Below are positions 1-10,423 of a DNA stretch of 64,000 bases, one piece after another (the first letter of the stretch is position 1; the number at the start of each line of letters is the position of its first letter). Source of the stretch: Candidatus Latescibacterota bacterium (GTDB taxonomy: Bacteria > Latescibacterota > UBA2968 > GCA-2709665); NCBI GenBank assembly GCA_965219455.1, contig OZ244744.1:4736001-4800000 (forward strand), written 5' to 3'. The position numbers were made by a program, and so were the translations under genes. The notes under the pieces were generated by a model. That model was not told the origin of the DNA. It worked only from the letters and a program-made list of their open reading frames with translations, and did not search any database.

Positions 1-210
1 TTCCGGTGGGGGAGACGGCTGCGAGATGTGGCGTGCCCGGATTCAAGATTCTGAGGTTTCGGTTTGATGTCTATGAGCAGACAAGAATGTCTGCTCCACC
101 TTTTCGAGCTTTTGTTCGAGGAATCGCTTGAGCGCATGACAAACCTGCTGCGCAGGTTCGGGCACTCCGGGACGTAATGTGACATTGGATGAAGAAACAG
201 TAACAATCAG

Positions 211-741
211 ATGAGACCGAACAGAACACGAGAATTACCACCAACGATCCGATCGGCTACGGCCGCTGACGCCGAGATGGTAGCACGGATTTATGTCGAT
301 TCGTGGAATGCTGGATTTGGCCCACTGCTGTCGCAGTCCGATAGAACTGTGACGCCATCCCTTGCTGATCGCTGGCGACATGATCTTGGTCAGGCTGTCC
401 CACGTCGTTGGTGGGTAGCGGAGCGCAGGGGTTCGATTGCAGGGTTTGCCGGCATCGGTCCCAGCCGAGATCCGGCAGATGATCATCTCGGTAAACTTGA
501 TACGATTGCAGTCGATCCGCCGTACTGGCGCGCAGGCATTGGCAAGGCATTGGCGTCTGTCGCTTTACGTTATCTGGTTGTAGACGGTTACGATGAGGCG
601 ATACTGTGGAGCGTAGAAGGTTACGAGCGAGGAATCGCTTTCTACGAGGCCTTGGGGTGGCGCCGAGATGGTGGGGTTCGAGATGAAGGACGACAAATTC
701 GCTTCAGGCGTGACCTTTCTACCTTACGAATGCCGATATAA
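211..741 (+). CDS. GNAT family N-acetyltransferase
   Basis: IRSAT..DA start, acetyl-CoA motif 'VDPPYWRAGIGKAL', 'FYEALGW'. Confidence 0.85.
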   Translation: MRPNRTRELPPTIRSATAADAEMVARIYVDSWNAGFGPLLSQSDRTVTPSLADRWRHDLGQAVPRRWWVAERRGSIAGFAGIGPSRDPADDHLGKLDTIAVDPPYWRAGIGKALASVALRYLVVDGYDEAILWSVEGYERGIAFYEALGWRRDGGVRDEGRQIRFRRDLSTLRMPI

Positions 742-978
742 CCCACGGCTTGGCCTGCCGGCAACCGTTTCTCGGGTTCGCAAACAGTGAAACGTTATTC
801 GCAATGGACTGGGGATGGATCCAGCGAAGTACTCGGCGACCTTTGGAACGACGTGGCGTCGTGCCGCACACCCACAAGCCGATCAACGATGCCCGCGGGC
901 ACGCCGTCCTGGATTTCAACGCCAGGCGCCGCCTTGGATCGCCGCGCCTGACGACCACATGCCACGGGACAGAGTGAT

Positions 979-1713
979 ATGTCCAGCGATCTTGTTAAGA
1001 TCCGCGAGGTCTGCCAGGCCTTCGTCAGGGGTCTTGCGGATATCCTCGATACGAATTTGCATGGCATTTACATGTATGGCGCATCGGTATTTCCGGACTC
1101 CGGACCAATACAGGATATAGACTGTCACGTGATCCTGGAGAGACGGCTGAGTGATCGGGACAAAGACGCAATCCTTCAACTGCAGAGAGATCTTTCGGAG
1201 CGTTTTCCGCCTTTGGGCGGTGAATTGGATGCCTATTTCATACTGCGCGAGGATGCCCTGGAGACGCTTCCGCCCGTCCACCAGTTGCAGCCCGATATGC
1301 GGGACGAAGCGTGGGCATTGCATTGCGCGCACGTCAGGGCCGGACGCTATATTACCCTCATCGGTCCGCCCCCAAAGGAGATCTTCCCGGCGCCATCCTG
1401 GGACGAAATCTTGACCGCTCTCAAGCACGAGTTGAAGTTCATCGAGCAGAACCTGCGATACCCGGACTATTGTGTCCTCAATATGTGCCGGATCATGTAC
1501 AGCGTACAGGAGCGGAACGTGGCCGTGTCGAAGTTTTCCAGTGGCGTCTGGGCTTGTGAACGGTTTCCTGAACGGAAACCCCTGATCGACGCGGCGGTGG
1601 CTTCCTACCAGGGCAGGGAGACGCCAGGTGAAGCTGAATTGCTCAAAACCGAGGTGGGAACCTTCGTCGAGTTCGGTACCGGCGTGTTTCACGAGCAGTC
1701 TCAAAACGCCTGA
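979..1713 (+). CDS. Aminoglycoside adenylyltransferase-like nucleotidyltransferase (DUF4111 C-terminus)
   Basis: 'GIYMYGAS...DIDCHV' Pol-beta motif; 'YCVLNMCRI...SK..G.WA' as in AadA/ANT(9)-like proteins. Substrate unknown. Confidence 0.75.
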   Translation: MSSDLVKIREVCQAFVRGLADILDTNLHGIYMYGASVFPDSGPIQDIDCHVILERRLSDRDKDAILQLQRDLSERFPPLGGELDAYFILREDALETLPPVHQLQPDMRDEAWALHCAHVRAGRYITLIGPPPKEIFPAPSWDEILTALKHELKFIEQNLRYPDYCVLNMCRIMYSVQERNVAVSKFSSGVWACERFPERKPLIDAAVASYQGRETPGEAELLKTEVGTFVEFGTGVFHEQSQNA

Positions 1714-1867
1714 TCCTGCGACCGCCCAGAAACTGCAATATCACCCACCGCCTACTGCCCGCCTGTCGACGCACGCTCATCACGCCACCAAACAGGCGCC
1801 ACCCGCGCCACCCCCCTCCAGCGTGTCGAATTCCAAACCGGTGGATCCGTAAAAACCGAATTTGTCC

Positions 1868-1896
1868 TTGACAGTCGATTGGTATTCCGCTATAAT
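1868..1896 (+). promoter_or_regulatory. Consensus sigma70 promoter with overlapping inverted repeat
   Basis: TTGACA (1868-1873), 17 bp, TATAAT (1891-1896); overlapped by ATTATA-N10-TATAAT inverted repeat upstream of the XRE gene. Confidence 0.8.
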
Positions 1897-1918
1897 TATA
1901 GCAAATATGATATAATTC

Positions 1919-2191
1919 TTGGAGGCTTTTGTGCCGTTCGATTGGTTGCAAATCAGGCAGTTTCGAAAAGCCGTCGGGTTCACTCAACAGCAGTTGGGAG
2001 ATATCCTGGAGGTTCCCCAGTCCACCATTGCTCGATGGGAGACCGGCAGGATTGCCCCCAACGCCCTGCACATCGGTCTGATGTGCGATCTCGGCAGGGT
2101 TCAGTCCATCGAACCGGAATTCTTCTTTCCGGCTTATTCACGGTTTGATCCAGACGAGCAATCACACAGAGAGAGGAGGAGAAACGGGTGA
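1919..2191 (+). CDS. XRE-family HTH transcriptional regulator
   Basis: 'IRQFRKAVGFTQQQLGDILEVPQSTIARWETGRIAP' HTH_3 pattern; start uncertain. Confidence 0.8.
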   Translation: MEAFVPFDWLQIRQFRKAVGFTQQQLGDILEVPQSTIARWETGRIAPNALHIGLMCDLGRVQSIEPEFFFPAYSRFDPDEQSHRERRRNG

Positions 2192-2523
2192 AACCCGTTA
2201 CTTTCACGGACGCGACCTTTGAAACCGAGGTCATTTCCTCAAATCGGCCCGTCCTCGTCGACATTGGCGCGAATTGGTGCGGACCCTGTCGCCTTATCGA
2301 TCCGATTGTAAAGGAACTGGCCGTTGAATACGCCGGGCGATTGAAAGTCGGAAAAATGGATTTCGACACCTCCCATTCGTCAGCAGTCCGGTTCGGCATT
2401 CATAGCCTGCCAACCCTCCTGCTCTTCAGGAATGGACGTGTCGTGGAACGCCTGGTTGGCGCCGTCCCGAGGCAACGGCTTGTCAATTCCATTGAGGAAG
2501 TGCTTGCGGATCCTCGCGAATGA
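2188..2523 (+). CDS. trxA: Thioredoxin
   Basis: WCGPC active site, 'SLPTLLLFRNG', 111 aa. Confidence 0.92.
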   Translation: MKPVTFTDATFETEVISSNRPVLVDIGANWCGPCRLIDPIVKELAVEYAGRLKVGKMDFDTSHSSAVRFGIHSLPTLLLFRNGRVVERLVGAVPRQRLVNSIEEVLADPRE

Positions 2524-3092
2524 TCACCTACGTAGAGGACACGTCGAAGTGGGAAGACTGGCAACGCGACTACCGGTTGGGTCTCATTCTGATCCTGCCG
2601 CCTCCCGACGTGGCGCGGGAGATCGACCTCCTGCGAGCCAGGTATGATCCCCGCTCTGCGGCCTGGTGTCCGGCGCACATTTCATTATCCGATCCGTTGA
2701 GCCGCGAAATGAGCCCCGCGCTTGCCGGCGAAATCCGCGGCGTCGTCTCCGGTGTCCAGCGGTTCACTCTCTATTACGGCAAACCGCACGCCTCGACGCG
2801 GTACGCCGGTGTCGCTTATCCCATAACGCCGCGAGAGCCGATCGAGGGCCTGAAACATGTCCTCCACGGCGCGTCAGGCTTCGCCGCCGAGGCGCATCGC
2901 AGGCGCCTCATAGCCCCGCACATAACGATTGCCGAGTTCATTTCCATTGACGAGAGCCTCCAGCTTTGCGCACGTCTCCAGGATACGGCGCCGTCGGGCT
3001 CATTCCTGTGCGACCGATTGGCATATATGGTCCCCGACCAGAATTTCCGGTTCAGCAAAAGGCTGACTTTCGTGCTTGGCGATTCGGTGTAA
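2520..3092 (+). CDS. 2H phosphoesterase (2'-5' RNA ligase family)
   Basis: Two HxS/T motifs (HISL, HITI); ATGA overlap with thioredoxin stop. Confidence 0.8.
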   Translation: MITYVEDTSKWEDWQRDYRLGLILILPPPDVAREIDLLRARYDPRSAAWCPAHISLSDPLSREMSPALAGEIRGVVSGVQRFTLYYGKPHASTRYAGVAYPITPREPIEGLKHVLHGASGFAAEAHRRRLIAPHITIAEFISIDESLQLCARLQDTAPSGSFLCDRLAYMVPDQNFRFSKRLTFVLGDSV

Positions 3093-3265
3093 GCATTCTA
3101 CCTTGTCCTGGACAGTTCTTATTCAGAATGTACGACAGGTGTTGCCCGACCTGATTTGTCAGATTTCACCGGATCTGGCTTTTGAGTTTTTATCCTGTCT
3201 ACTGTCCATCCATGTAAGTTACGCTTTGTGAATAAGGTGATTATGCACGGAGCCAGGAGACCGTC

Positions 3266-4342
3266 GTGAATATCGAAAGCATCGAAGTCATTCAGATCGA
3301 AACGCCGCGCTTCTACGGGCACGTCTCCGGACACGTGCTGATCAAGGTGCATGTGGACGACGGCCCCGTGGGCTTCGGCGAAGCATCGGACAGCCGGTGC
3401 GCCGACGTGCCGGCCCTGGCGCGGGAACTGAACGAGCAGTTGAAAGGCCGCGACGCCCGCCGCATCGTCGAAATCAACGACTTCGCCCGCGCCCGTAACT
3501 GGAACAGTACCGTCACCAACCCGCACGTGGCCAGCGCCGTGGACCTGGCGCTATACGACCTCAACGGCAAGGCTCAGGGTGTGCCTGTGTACCAGATGCT
3601 CGGTGGCAAGGTGCGCGACGCGCTCTACTGCTGCTACCCGATCTTCGGCTGGCAGGTGGTTGAGGACTTCGAGCGCACAGGCTCCTACCTCCAGCGTCTG
3701 GTGGCTCTGGGTCACCACCTGTTCCGCTACTACGTCTCCGGTGACGTGGATCTGGACGATCGTTTCCTAACCGAGATGAAGACCAGGCACGGCGACCGGA
3801 TCAGGCTCAAGTCCATCGACTTTTCGGGCCGCTTCCGCGACTGGCAGGAGGTGCTGCGCTACGGCGACAGGCTGCGGCATCACGACCCGTATCACTTTGA
3901 GCAGCCGACGTACGAGATGCGCTCCAGCGCGCAGTTCACCAAGCGCGTTGATCTGCCCGTAACCTGGCATATCGGCTCCCTGCAGCAGGCTTTGGAGGCG
4001 GCTGAACGCGGCGCCTGCACGGCCTTCAACGTGGCCTGCGTGTCCGGCGGCCCCACCCACGTCAGACGCATCCTGGCGGTGGGGGAGTCCGCCGGCATGC
4101 CTTGCCTGGTCGGCACCGACCAGGAATCCACGCTCGGCGTCAGCGCCCAGGTGGCGGTGGGCATCACGTCTCCCCAGGTCCAACTGCCGTGCGATCCGAT
4201 GGGACCCTTGCTTTACACCGCCTCGCCGGCACGGGAGCGCGTGCGGGCCGAAGGAAGCTACCTGACACCGTTCGAGGGACCCGGCCTCGGCGTCGAACTG
4301 GATGAGGACACACTGGCAGAACTAACCGTAACGAGGGCTTGA
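3266..4342 (+). CDS. Mandelate racemase/muconate lactonizing enzyme family protein
   Basis: 'SAVDLALYDLNGKAQGVPVYQMLGG', 'FEQP', 'GPGLGVELD'. Confidence 0.85.
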   Translation: MNIESIEVIQIETPRFYGHVSGHVLIKVHVDDGPVGFGEASDSRCADVPALARELNEQLKGRDARRIVEINDFARARNWNSTVTNPHVASAVDLALYDLNGKAQGVPVYQMLGGKVRDALYCCYPIFGWQVVEDFERTGSYLQRLVALGHHLFRYYVSGDVDLDDRFLTEMKTRHGDRIRLKSIDFSGRFRDWQEVLRYGDRLRHHDPYHFEQPTYEMRSSAQFTKRVDLPVTWHIGSLQQALEAAERGACTAFNVACVSGGPTHVRRILAVGESAGMPCLVGTDQESTLGVSAQVAVGITSPQVQLPCDPMGPLLYTASPARERVRAEGSYLTPFEGPGLGVELDEDTLAELTVTRA

Positions 4343-4345
4343 ACT

Positions 4346-5122
4346 ATGGACAATCTTCTGAAGATCAGCGACGACCAACTGGCGCACTTCGAGCGTAACG
4401 GGTTTTTCCTGGTGCCGAGCCCCTTCGGCGCGCGGGGGATGCGGCAGATCGACAACCGGCAGCAGGAAGTGGCGCCGGAGTGGGAGCGCACGGAGTTCCC
4501 CGCGGGCTGCAACCGGCTTGCCTGCCAGTTCCTGATGATCGGCGAACCGGTGCTGCAGATGGTGGAGCGCCAGGACCTGGTGGATGCGGCGCGGCGGATC
4601 CTGGGCGTGGAGGAGGTGCACGTGGGCGCCTGCGGCATTGGTGACGCCTCCAAGGCAGACAGTGGCGGCCGCCGGCGTGAGCGGCAGGTCTTGTGGCACG
4701 CGGACGGCAGTCCGGAAGTCCGGCAGGTTTCCTTCCGCACGGCCCTCGACCGCCACGACGCCAGCAACGGCCCGCTCCGTGTGCTGCCCGGCAGCCAGCA
4801 TCGTCCTAAGGAGGAGGTCGCGGCGGAGTTGCTCCAACTGGAACTGGCCACCGGGACCCATGACGAGATGCCGGCGCAGTTTTTCGCCCGCCACCCCCAC
4901 GAGGTGGAGGTTGTGCTCGACCCCCGGTGGACGCTGGTGTGGACACCCTCGTGCTGGCACGCCACAGGGCTGAAGACCGCGGCAGGTCCGAGGCGCGCGA
5001 TGGGCTGGAACTATTTTCCGCCGGGCGGCCGCACGCGCGACCTGACGGCGATCAAACACGTGCACCCGGATTGGCGTGACTGGTCCGAGGCGCGGCAGCG
5101 TCTCTGGGGCCTCGTCGATTGA
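4346..5122 (+). CDS. Phytanoyl-CoA dioxygenase (PhyH) family protein
   Basis: 'FERNGFFLV', WHAD iron motif, 'NGPLRVLPGSQH', distal WH and R. Confidence 0.8.
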   Translation: MDNLLKISDDQLAHFERNGFFLVPSPFGARGMRQIDNRQQEVAPEWERTEFPAGCNRLACQFLMIGEPVLQMVERQDLVDAARRILGVEEVHVGACGIGDASKADSGGRRRERQVLWHADGSPEVRQVSFRTALDRHDASNGPLRVLPGSQHRPKEEVAAELLQLELATGTHDEMPAQFFARHPHEVEVVLDPRWTLVWTPSCWHATGLKTAAGPRRAMGWNYFPPGGRTRDLTAIKHVHPDWRDWSEARQRLWGLVD

Positions 5123-5622
5123 CGGCCGAGCCAATGACAATGCTTATTTATATCAACGGTTCGATAAATTCCGGTAAATCGACCATCGGTCGGCTCCTGG
5201 CCGAAAGCCTGGCCATGACGGTCCACATCGAGGTCGATGACCTCCGGCACTTCGCCGGCTGTCTGAGTCTGTCGGATGCAGCTCCTTACTGTGTCGTGGA
5301 TGCGTCGACGTTGACGCGAAACTGGCTCGCGCGCGGGTTCAACGTCGTTGTCACGTGGCCGATTTCACAACGCGACTACGAGGTCTTCGAACGTGTGGCG
5401 ACAACTGCAGGCGTACCTATACACGCGGTTACGCTTCGACCGCCCCTCGGAGTCGCCATATCCAACCGGGGTCAGCGCGAACTGTCCGATCGCGAAAGAG
5501 CCCGCATACGCGAACAATATCACGCACCGCATATCGATCCGGGAATCGGAACGGTGATCGACAACAGCCGTCAGACGCCTGCGGAGACGCTGGCGGAAAT
5601 CCGTGTCGCTTTCGGCCTATGA
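5119..5622 (+). CDS. P-loop small-molecule kinase-like protein
   Basis: N-terminal Walker A 'NGSINSGKST', 'IEVDDLR'; start 5119 or 5134. Confidence 0.75.
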   Translation: MTAEPMTMLIYINGSINSGKSTIGRLLAESLAMTVHIEVDDLRHFAGCLSLSDAAPYCVVDASTLTRNWLARGFNVVVTWPISQRDYEVFERVATTAGVPIHAVTLRPPLGVAISNRGQRELSDRERARIREQYHAPHIDPGIGTVIDNSRQTPAETLAEIRVAFGL

Positions 5623-5695
5623 AGTGGGGAGGAAAGCGGTCTCGATATTTTAGCCTACGAGCTCCGTCCATCCCTGCGTCACACATGGAGACAAT

Positions 5696-6154
5696 ATGAA
5701 TGCGCCTATGGTGAAAAAAGCTTTCGCGTTCATCATAAGACGCAACGCAGCTGACAGATGCGAATTGCTGGTATTTGAACTCAAATCCATCGGCTACGAA
5801 TTCTATCGGCTTTCTGGGGGCAATATCGAAGCCGGTGAAACGCCGCTCCAGGCAGCGCGTCGTGAGACCTTCGAAGAGTCGGGAATCGAGAATCTGCGGT
5901 TCATCCGGAAAATCGGGACGACCCGATACTTCAAGCCCTACATCCAGTCAGACGTGGAACGAACGGACTTACTGTTCAATCCCGATGCCCACCTGCCTGA
6001 CAAATGGGAACATATTGGAACGGTCGGCCCCGAAGAAGGTGTCGTATTTGCTTATTCATGGATCTCCGCCGATTCCATATCGAGGGTGGATCCGGAGCTG
6101 CGCACCTTTCTGACGCCGGACCGCATCCCGGAACTTTTTCCGGAGCAGCCGTAA
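5696..6154 (+). CDS. NUDIX hydrolase
   Basis: Nudix box 'GGNIEAGETPLQAARRETFEESG'. Confidence 0.9.
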   Translation: MNAPMVKKAFAFIIRRNAADRCELLVFELKSIGYEFYRLSGGNIEAGETPLQAARRETFEESGIENLRFIRKIGTTRYFKPYIQSDVERTDLLFNPDAHLPDKWEHIGTVGPEEGVVFAYSWISADSISRVDPELRTFLTPDRIPELFPEQP

Positions 6155-6279
6155 CCTGGCCTGACGCGAGGTTTCTTGACCATTTCTTCTTTTCGACAAG
6201 AACTGACAATTCCTGCATGGAACTGCGTTCCGGGCGGGTGGTCATTGAATTCGGAACGACATAGAGTCTCCCCTTCCCG

Positions 6280-6352
6280 TTAACGTCCCCCATTCCCTTG
6301 CCCTTTTTCTTGCTTCGCCCAAGAAAAAGGGCGAAAAAGAAGGGCGCCGCTC
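6280..6352 (-). repeat. 73-bp hairpin repeat, copy 1
   Basis: Reverse complement of the core at 13068, 22873 and 59230; 13-bp stem GCCCTTTTTCTTG/CAAGAAAAAGGGC. Confidence 0.9.
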
Positions 6353-6976
6353 AGACGCCGCGGGGCTCCTTTTCCGCGAATCATTTCCCGGGTGAGAACA
6401 AGAGATCGGCGGCCTGCCGTCGAAACGGGTAACACTGAAGCGTGTTGCTGAACGGAAAAGCGCGGAAAAGCCCCATCAACCGCCACCGAGCGCTTGAAGG
6501 GACCGCACGAGTGCCGGTACGATAGTGATGTTCTACGATAAAGCGCGGAATCCCGGGACGCCTGGTTCTGGCGTACGAGGTTGCTGGTGAGCGGTTCGAT
6601 CCGTACAGCGAACAAACCCCCCACTCCAGAGCCGTACGCGCGAGGGGTATGACATATGGCAGGCGTTGGGGTCTCGTTGCGACTGAGGGTTAATTGGGGC
6701 GCGAAAAATCGAGGGTCGGGCGATGATTCCGGAAGCAAGTAGAATCGGCCGTGGTCATACCAGCGGCGATACGAGCTTTGGTTAATTCGCCCCTGGAACT
6801 TTCGAGATTTAATCACTGTCGAGGGTAAACATGCCCGGCAGCCAAATGGAGACCGACCGGTTGATTCGTGACGAAGTGGATGAAATTATCCTTCAATCTG
6901 AAAACAGACTTCGTGGGTTTTGTAAACAACAGGTTGTCGGTTTCCATCAAGTACGTCGCTCTATTGTGGAGGATTC

Positions 6977-7954
6977 GTGAGAGGATTTGAACTGTCGGAG
7001 AGGTTCTTTCGCGAGATCGGGCTCCCCGCGGTTGAGCGACGATTACCCGGATGTGTGCGGAGACTGGCCGTCGGCGTCGAGGTCGGATCACAAGCGCACA
7101 AGAACGACGACGACGTGTCGCGCGACCACGGTTGGGGACCGGGATTCACCGTATGGCTTGGCAGGGAGGACTTCGACGATTACGGCGAACGTCTGCAGGA
7201 AATACTGGATTCGCTACCTCAGGAGTACGATGGGTTTCACTGGGAAAATCCACCCGAGAGGACCTGCCGTGTCGTGGAAGTCGGCAGCTACATCAAAAGC
7301 GTGGTTGGATTCTCGGAGCCGCCTGAGTCGCCAAAGGATTGGTTGCGAATTCCGGAATCATATCTTTTCGAACTGGCTCCGAGCCGGCTCTTTCACGATG
7401 AACCCGGCTTTGTCAGTGCCCGCCTCAGAGCGTTCTCCAGGTATCCGGAGGATGTATGGAGGCAGCGAATGGGTGCCTGCCTGTCCTGGTGCTGGGAGTG
7501 GGGGCGGAAGCATCTCTTCCGGGCCGAGGCTCGGGGAGACCACGTGACCGCGTTTACCTATTGGACGAGATTCGCTGAGTACGCGATGAAGGTTGGTTTT
7601 CTGGTCAATCGGCGATATGCGCCCTATCACAAGTGGTTGTGGGCAGAGTTCAAGAAGCTTGAAGGTGTCGCCGTTGAGGTTTGTCCCTTGCTGCGGGAGG
7701 GATTCGCCAGGGCCAGTGGCAGGCGAGAACTGGTGGAGCGCATTGAGGCGATCTACATGGATGAACTCGAGAAGCTCGGATTTCCACCGCCCGCCCAGGT
7801 CACAACCCGGAGGACGGCCTATCCGGACAACAGATTATATCGATTTGCAGTTGACATACGCCGCGGTGTTGAGGATCCGGAAGTGAAGAACCTGCATTTG
7901 AGAGAAGAACTGGTCTATCCGGCAACGAGGGCCGGGTGGACGTGGTTTCGATAG
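6977..7954 (+). CDS. DUF4037 domain protein (nucleotidyltransferase-like)
   Basis: 'MRGFELSERFF', 'GS....DDDVSRDHGWGPGF', 'RYAPYHKW'. Confidence 0.75.
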   Translation: MRGFELSERFFREIGLPAVERRLPGCVRRLAVGVEVGSQAHKNDDDVSRDHGWGPGFTVWLGREDFDDYGERLQEILDSLPQEYDGFHWENPPERTCRVVEVGSYIKSVVGFSEPPESPKDWLRIPESYLFELAPSRLFHDEPGFVSARLRAFSRYPEDVWRQRMGACLSWCWEWGRKHLFRAEARGDHVTAFTYWTRFAEYAMKVGFLVNRRYAPYHKWLWAEFKKLEGVAVEVCPLLREGFARASGRRELVERIEAIYMDELEKLGFPPPAQVTTRRTAYPDNRLYRFAVDIRRGVEDPEVKNLHLREELVYPATRAGWTWFR

Positions 7955-8176
7955 ACTGCATACAGTAACCGGCGCCAGGATCCGTTTTGAGGGTTTCGGT
8001 ACATGCGCATCCGCGACCATTTGCTGCGCCGGCCCTGAACAAGAGACGTGTCGGGAACATCGAATGGGTGGCAACCTGACGATCTGGTTATAACATTTTG
8101 AAAAAATAAGAGATAAACCGTACTCGAACACTCACCGGACACCTTCCACGGGTGTCTGGATCTGATTAACGGAACC

Positions 8177-8866
8177 ATGTCAAGCGAATTCGATTTTGGT
8201 GGTGCTGTTCCCGCCTGGGGCCGGTGCGCGGCCGAATACGAGGCGTTCTTTGCGCTGTCCGACGTCCCGCCGTCCGCGCGCGTATTGGACTGTGGCGGCG
8301 GACCGTCTTCGTTCGCCGCCGAATGGGGCAAAACGGGGCGATTCGTTGTCGCCGTCGATCCCATTTACAGGTTTTCCGTCAGAGACCTGGAGTCCAATTT
8401 CGAACGGACGTCCGCGCGCATGCTGGCCGGAATGCGCACGGCGCGCGAACGGTTTCGGTGGGACCACTATGGGAGCCCCGAAGAGGTTCTCCGGCTGCGC
8501 CGCGACGTCCTGAACGCCTTCCTTTGCGATTTTCAATCGGTAACCCGAAGAGGTCGTTACGTTTCGGGGAGCCTGCCGGAGTTACCCTTCCGATCGAAGT
8601 CCTTCGATCTGGTCCTTTGTTCCCATCTGCTGTTTCTGTACTCCGCGGAATTCAACCTCGAAACGCACGTTTCCTTCCTCCTGGAACTGCTTCGGGTCGG
8701 GCGAGAGGTCCGGGTATTTCCATTGTTCGACCTGGCTGGCGAACCGTCGAGGCATCTGGACGTTACTATTCAGACCGTGCAAAGGTCGGCCGACGTCGAA
8801 CTGGTGTCCGTGCCCTTCCGGTTTGGGCCCGGTGATTCGAAAATGTTGAGGTTGACGCAAAGCTGA
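8177..8866 (+). CDS. Class I SAM-dependent methyltransferase
   Basis: 'VLDCGGGPSSF', 'LPELPFRSKSFDLVLCSHLLFLYS'. Confidence 0.85.
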   Translation: MSSEFDFGGAVPAWGRCAAEYEAFFALSDVPPSARVLDCGGGPSSFAAEWGKTGRFVVAVDPIYRFSVRDLESNFERTSARMLAGMRTARERFRWDHYGSPEEVLRLRRDVLNAFLCDFQSVTRRGRYVSGSLPELPFRSKSFDLVLCSHLLFLYSAEFNLETHVSFLLELLRVGREVRVFPLFDLAGEPSRHLDVTIQTVQRSADVELVSVPFRFGPGDSKMLRLTQS

Positions 8867-8919
8867 GACTTACGCCATGGCCTCAGGCTGGATGTTTGGC
8901 GCTGCGTCGCCGGGGTGCA

Positions 8920-8987
8920 CGGACCTCCGGTAACCGTTCCGCGGTTGGCAGGCGTTTACGTCGCCAGCGGACGTGGCACGTCAAAAT
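8920..8987 (+). repeat. ~68-bp direct repeat, copy A
   Basis: TCCGGTAACCGTTCCGCGGTTGGCA.GCGTTTACGTCGCC.GCGGAC recurs at 10342-10410. Confidence 0.85.
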
Positions 8988-9006
8988 GCCGTTTTCCTTT
9001 CGTTAT

Positions 9007-9165
9007 CAGTCCGTTGAAAAAGTTGCTCTGCAGGCGAGGCCGAGCCATTGTGACCGAAGACAAGGCGCGCGACCGAGTCGAATCGGGGGATTCGGGGAGG
9101 GGCGCAACACAGTAATTCGGCCACAAGAGCCGGCCGCAGCCCGGATGGTCTTTTTCAACGGGCTG
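9007..9165. mobile_element. MITE-like element, 159 bp
   Basis: 16-bp terminal inverted repeats CAGTCCGTTGAAAAAG / CTTTTTCAACGGGCTG (1 mismatch); non-coding interior. Confidence 0.75.
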
Positions 9166-9287
9166 TTAAGCAAAGATAAACCAGGACCTGCGTACTCAGA
9201 ATATCACTTGATGATTGTGCTTTGCCATAGTACACTTTGATAGACCTCTGCAGAGTCGACGAAAGATGAACGGCAAGGGAGTAAGCA

Positions 9288-9515
9288 ATGGACACGAAAA
9301 TGATTCAAATTCGCGTTAGTTCGGAGGCCGCTCATGCCTATGAAATAGCCACCGAAGCAGAACAGCGCAAACTGGATGCCCTGCTTAGCCTTAAGCTTAG
9401 TGATGTGGCGAGAACGAAAAGGTCTCTTGAAGAGGTTATGAGCGACATCAGCCGTAAGGCACAGGAACGAGGCATGACGCCGGAAATTTTGGAGTCAATC
9501 ATCAATGAACGGTAG
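9288..9515 (+). CDS. Putative antitoxin of PIN toxin
   Basis: 75 aa, GGAG RBS, overlaps the PIN gene; C-terminal 'ISRKAQERGMTPEILESII'. Confidence 0.7.
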   Translation: MDTKMIQIRVSSEAAHAYEIATEAEQRKLDALLSLKLSDVARTKRSLEEVMSDISRKAQERGMTPEILESIINER

Positions 9516-9942
9516 TGCTCGTTATGTCTTCGACACCAATGTGCTCGTTAGTGCACTCATATTTGAGGATTCAAAGCCTGGGCGAGCTTTTCGGCACGCG
9601 TTTCAGAACGGCGAGGTATTGTTATCCCTGACGACTTTAGAGGAAATAGACGAGGTGATGAGCCGTGAGAAGTTTGAGCGATATGTGACTGCCGAGGAGC
9701 GTGAGGAATTTCTCGAGGCGTTGGTTGGGCGGGCAATATTTATTGAACCTATTGAACAGATCAAGGTTTGTCGAGATCCCAAAGATGATAAATTCCTGGA
9801 ATTGGCTGTGGGTGGAGGCGCACGAATAATCATCAGCGGTGACGATGATCTGCTTAATTTGAGTCCCTTTCGCGCAATAGAGATTCTCAGGGTGGGTGAT
9901 TTCCTGACGCGGCTGCAAGGAGCCGAGTCTGACGACGAGTAG
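9505..9942 (+). CDS. PIN-domain toxin (VapC-like, PIN_3 type)
   Basis: 'VFDTNVLVSAL', 'CRDPKDDKFLELAV', 'IISGDDDLL'. Confidence 0.9.
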   Translation: MNGSARYVFDTNVLVSALIFEDSKPGRAFRHAFQNGEVLLSLTTLEEIDEVMSREKFERYVTAEEREEFLEALVGRAIFIEPIEQIKVCRDPKDDKFLELAVGGGARIIISGDDDLLNLSPFRAIEILRVGDFLTRLQGAESDDE

Positions 9943-10341
9943 CCTTGTCTTTTTACCGGAGTAAAGATTTATACGAACTCCCGCTGGATAGACTATCTAG
10001 CGGGAATTCTTTGTTTTTACTCGACATGAAGGATTTGTTATCGAGCAGATTTCCGTGGAAGCGGATTCCGATGCAAAAGCCGCTTATGCGAACATTCCTT
10101 TGGGAGACAGACGAATCATCATCTATGTTGTGCAATAGGGGTTGTCCCTAAAGTCAGGATGTCGTCGACATGTCGTGCAATCCCAGATCAGCGCGACAGT
10201 AACATGATGGGATATCATAGCGCGAATGGTATCGACTCCCAAATTATCCGGAAGTACCGAACAAGAATCGGCATGATGAGAACACCTGGAATTGTTTCAA
10301 GCAGACACATTCGACCAGGGTTCAATCAACGCTGATCCGCG

Positions 10342-10410
10342 CGGACGTCCGGTAACCGTTCCGCGGTTGGCATGCGTTTACGTCGCCGGCGGACCTGGCG
10401 CATCGAAAAT
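10342..10410 (+). repeat. ~68-bp direct repeat, copy B
   Basis: Near match to 8920-8987. Confidence 0.85.
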
Positions 10411-10423
10411 TGCGCCTTCGAAG

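Noticed and set aside
3245-3266. Cobalamin riboswitch-like GAGCCAGGAGACC
   Set aside because: The other core elements are absent; it is the AGGAG ribosome-binding site of the enolase-family gene.
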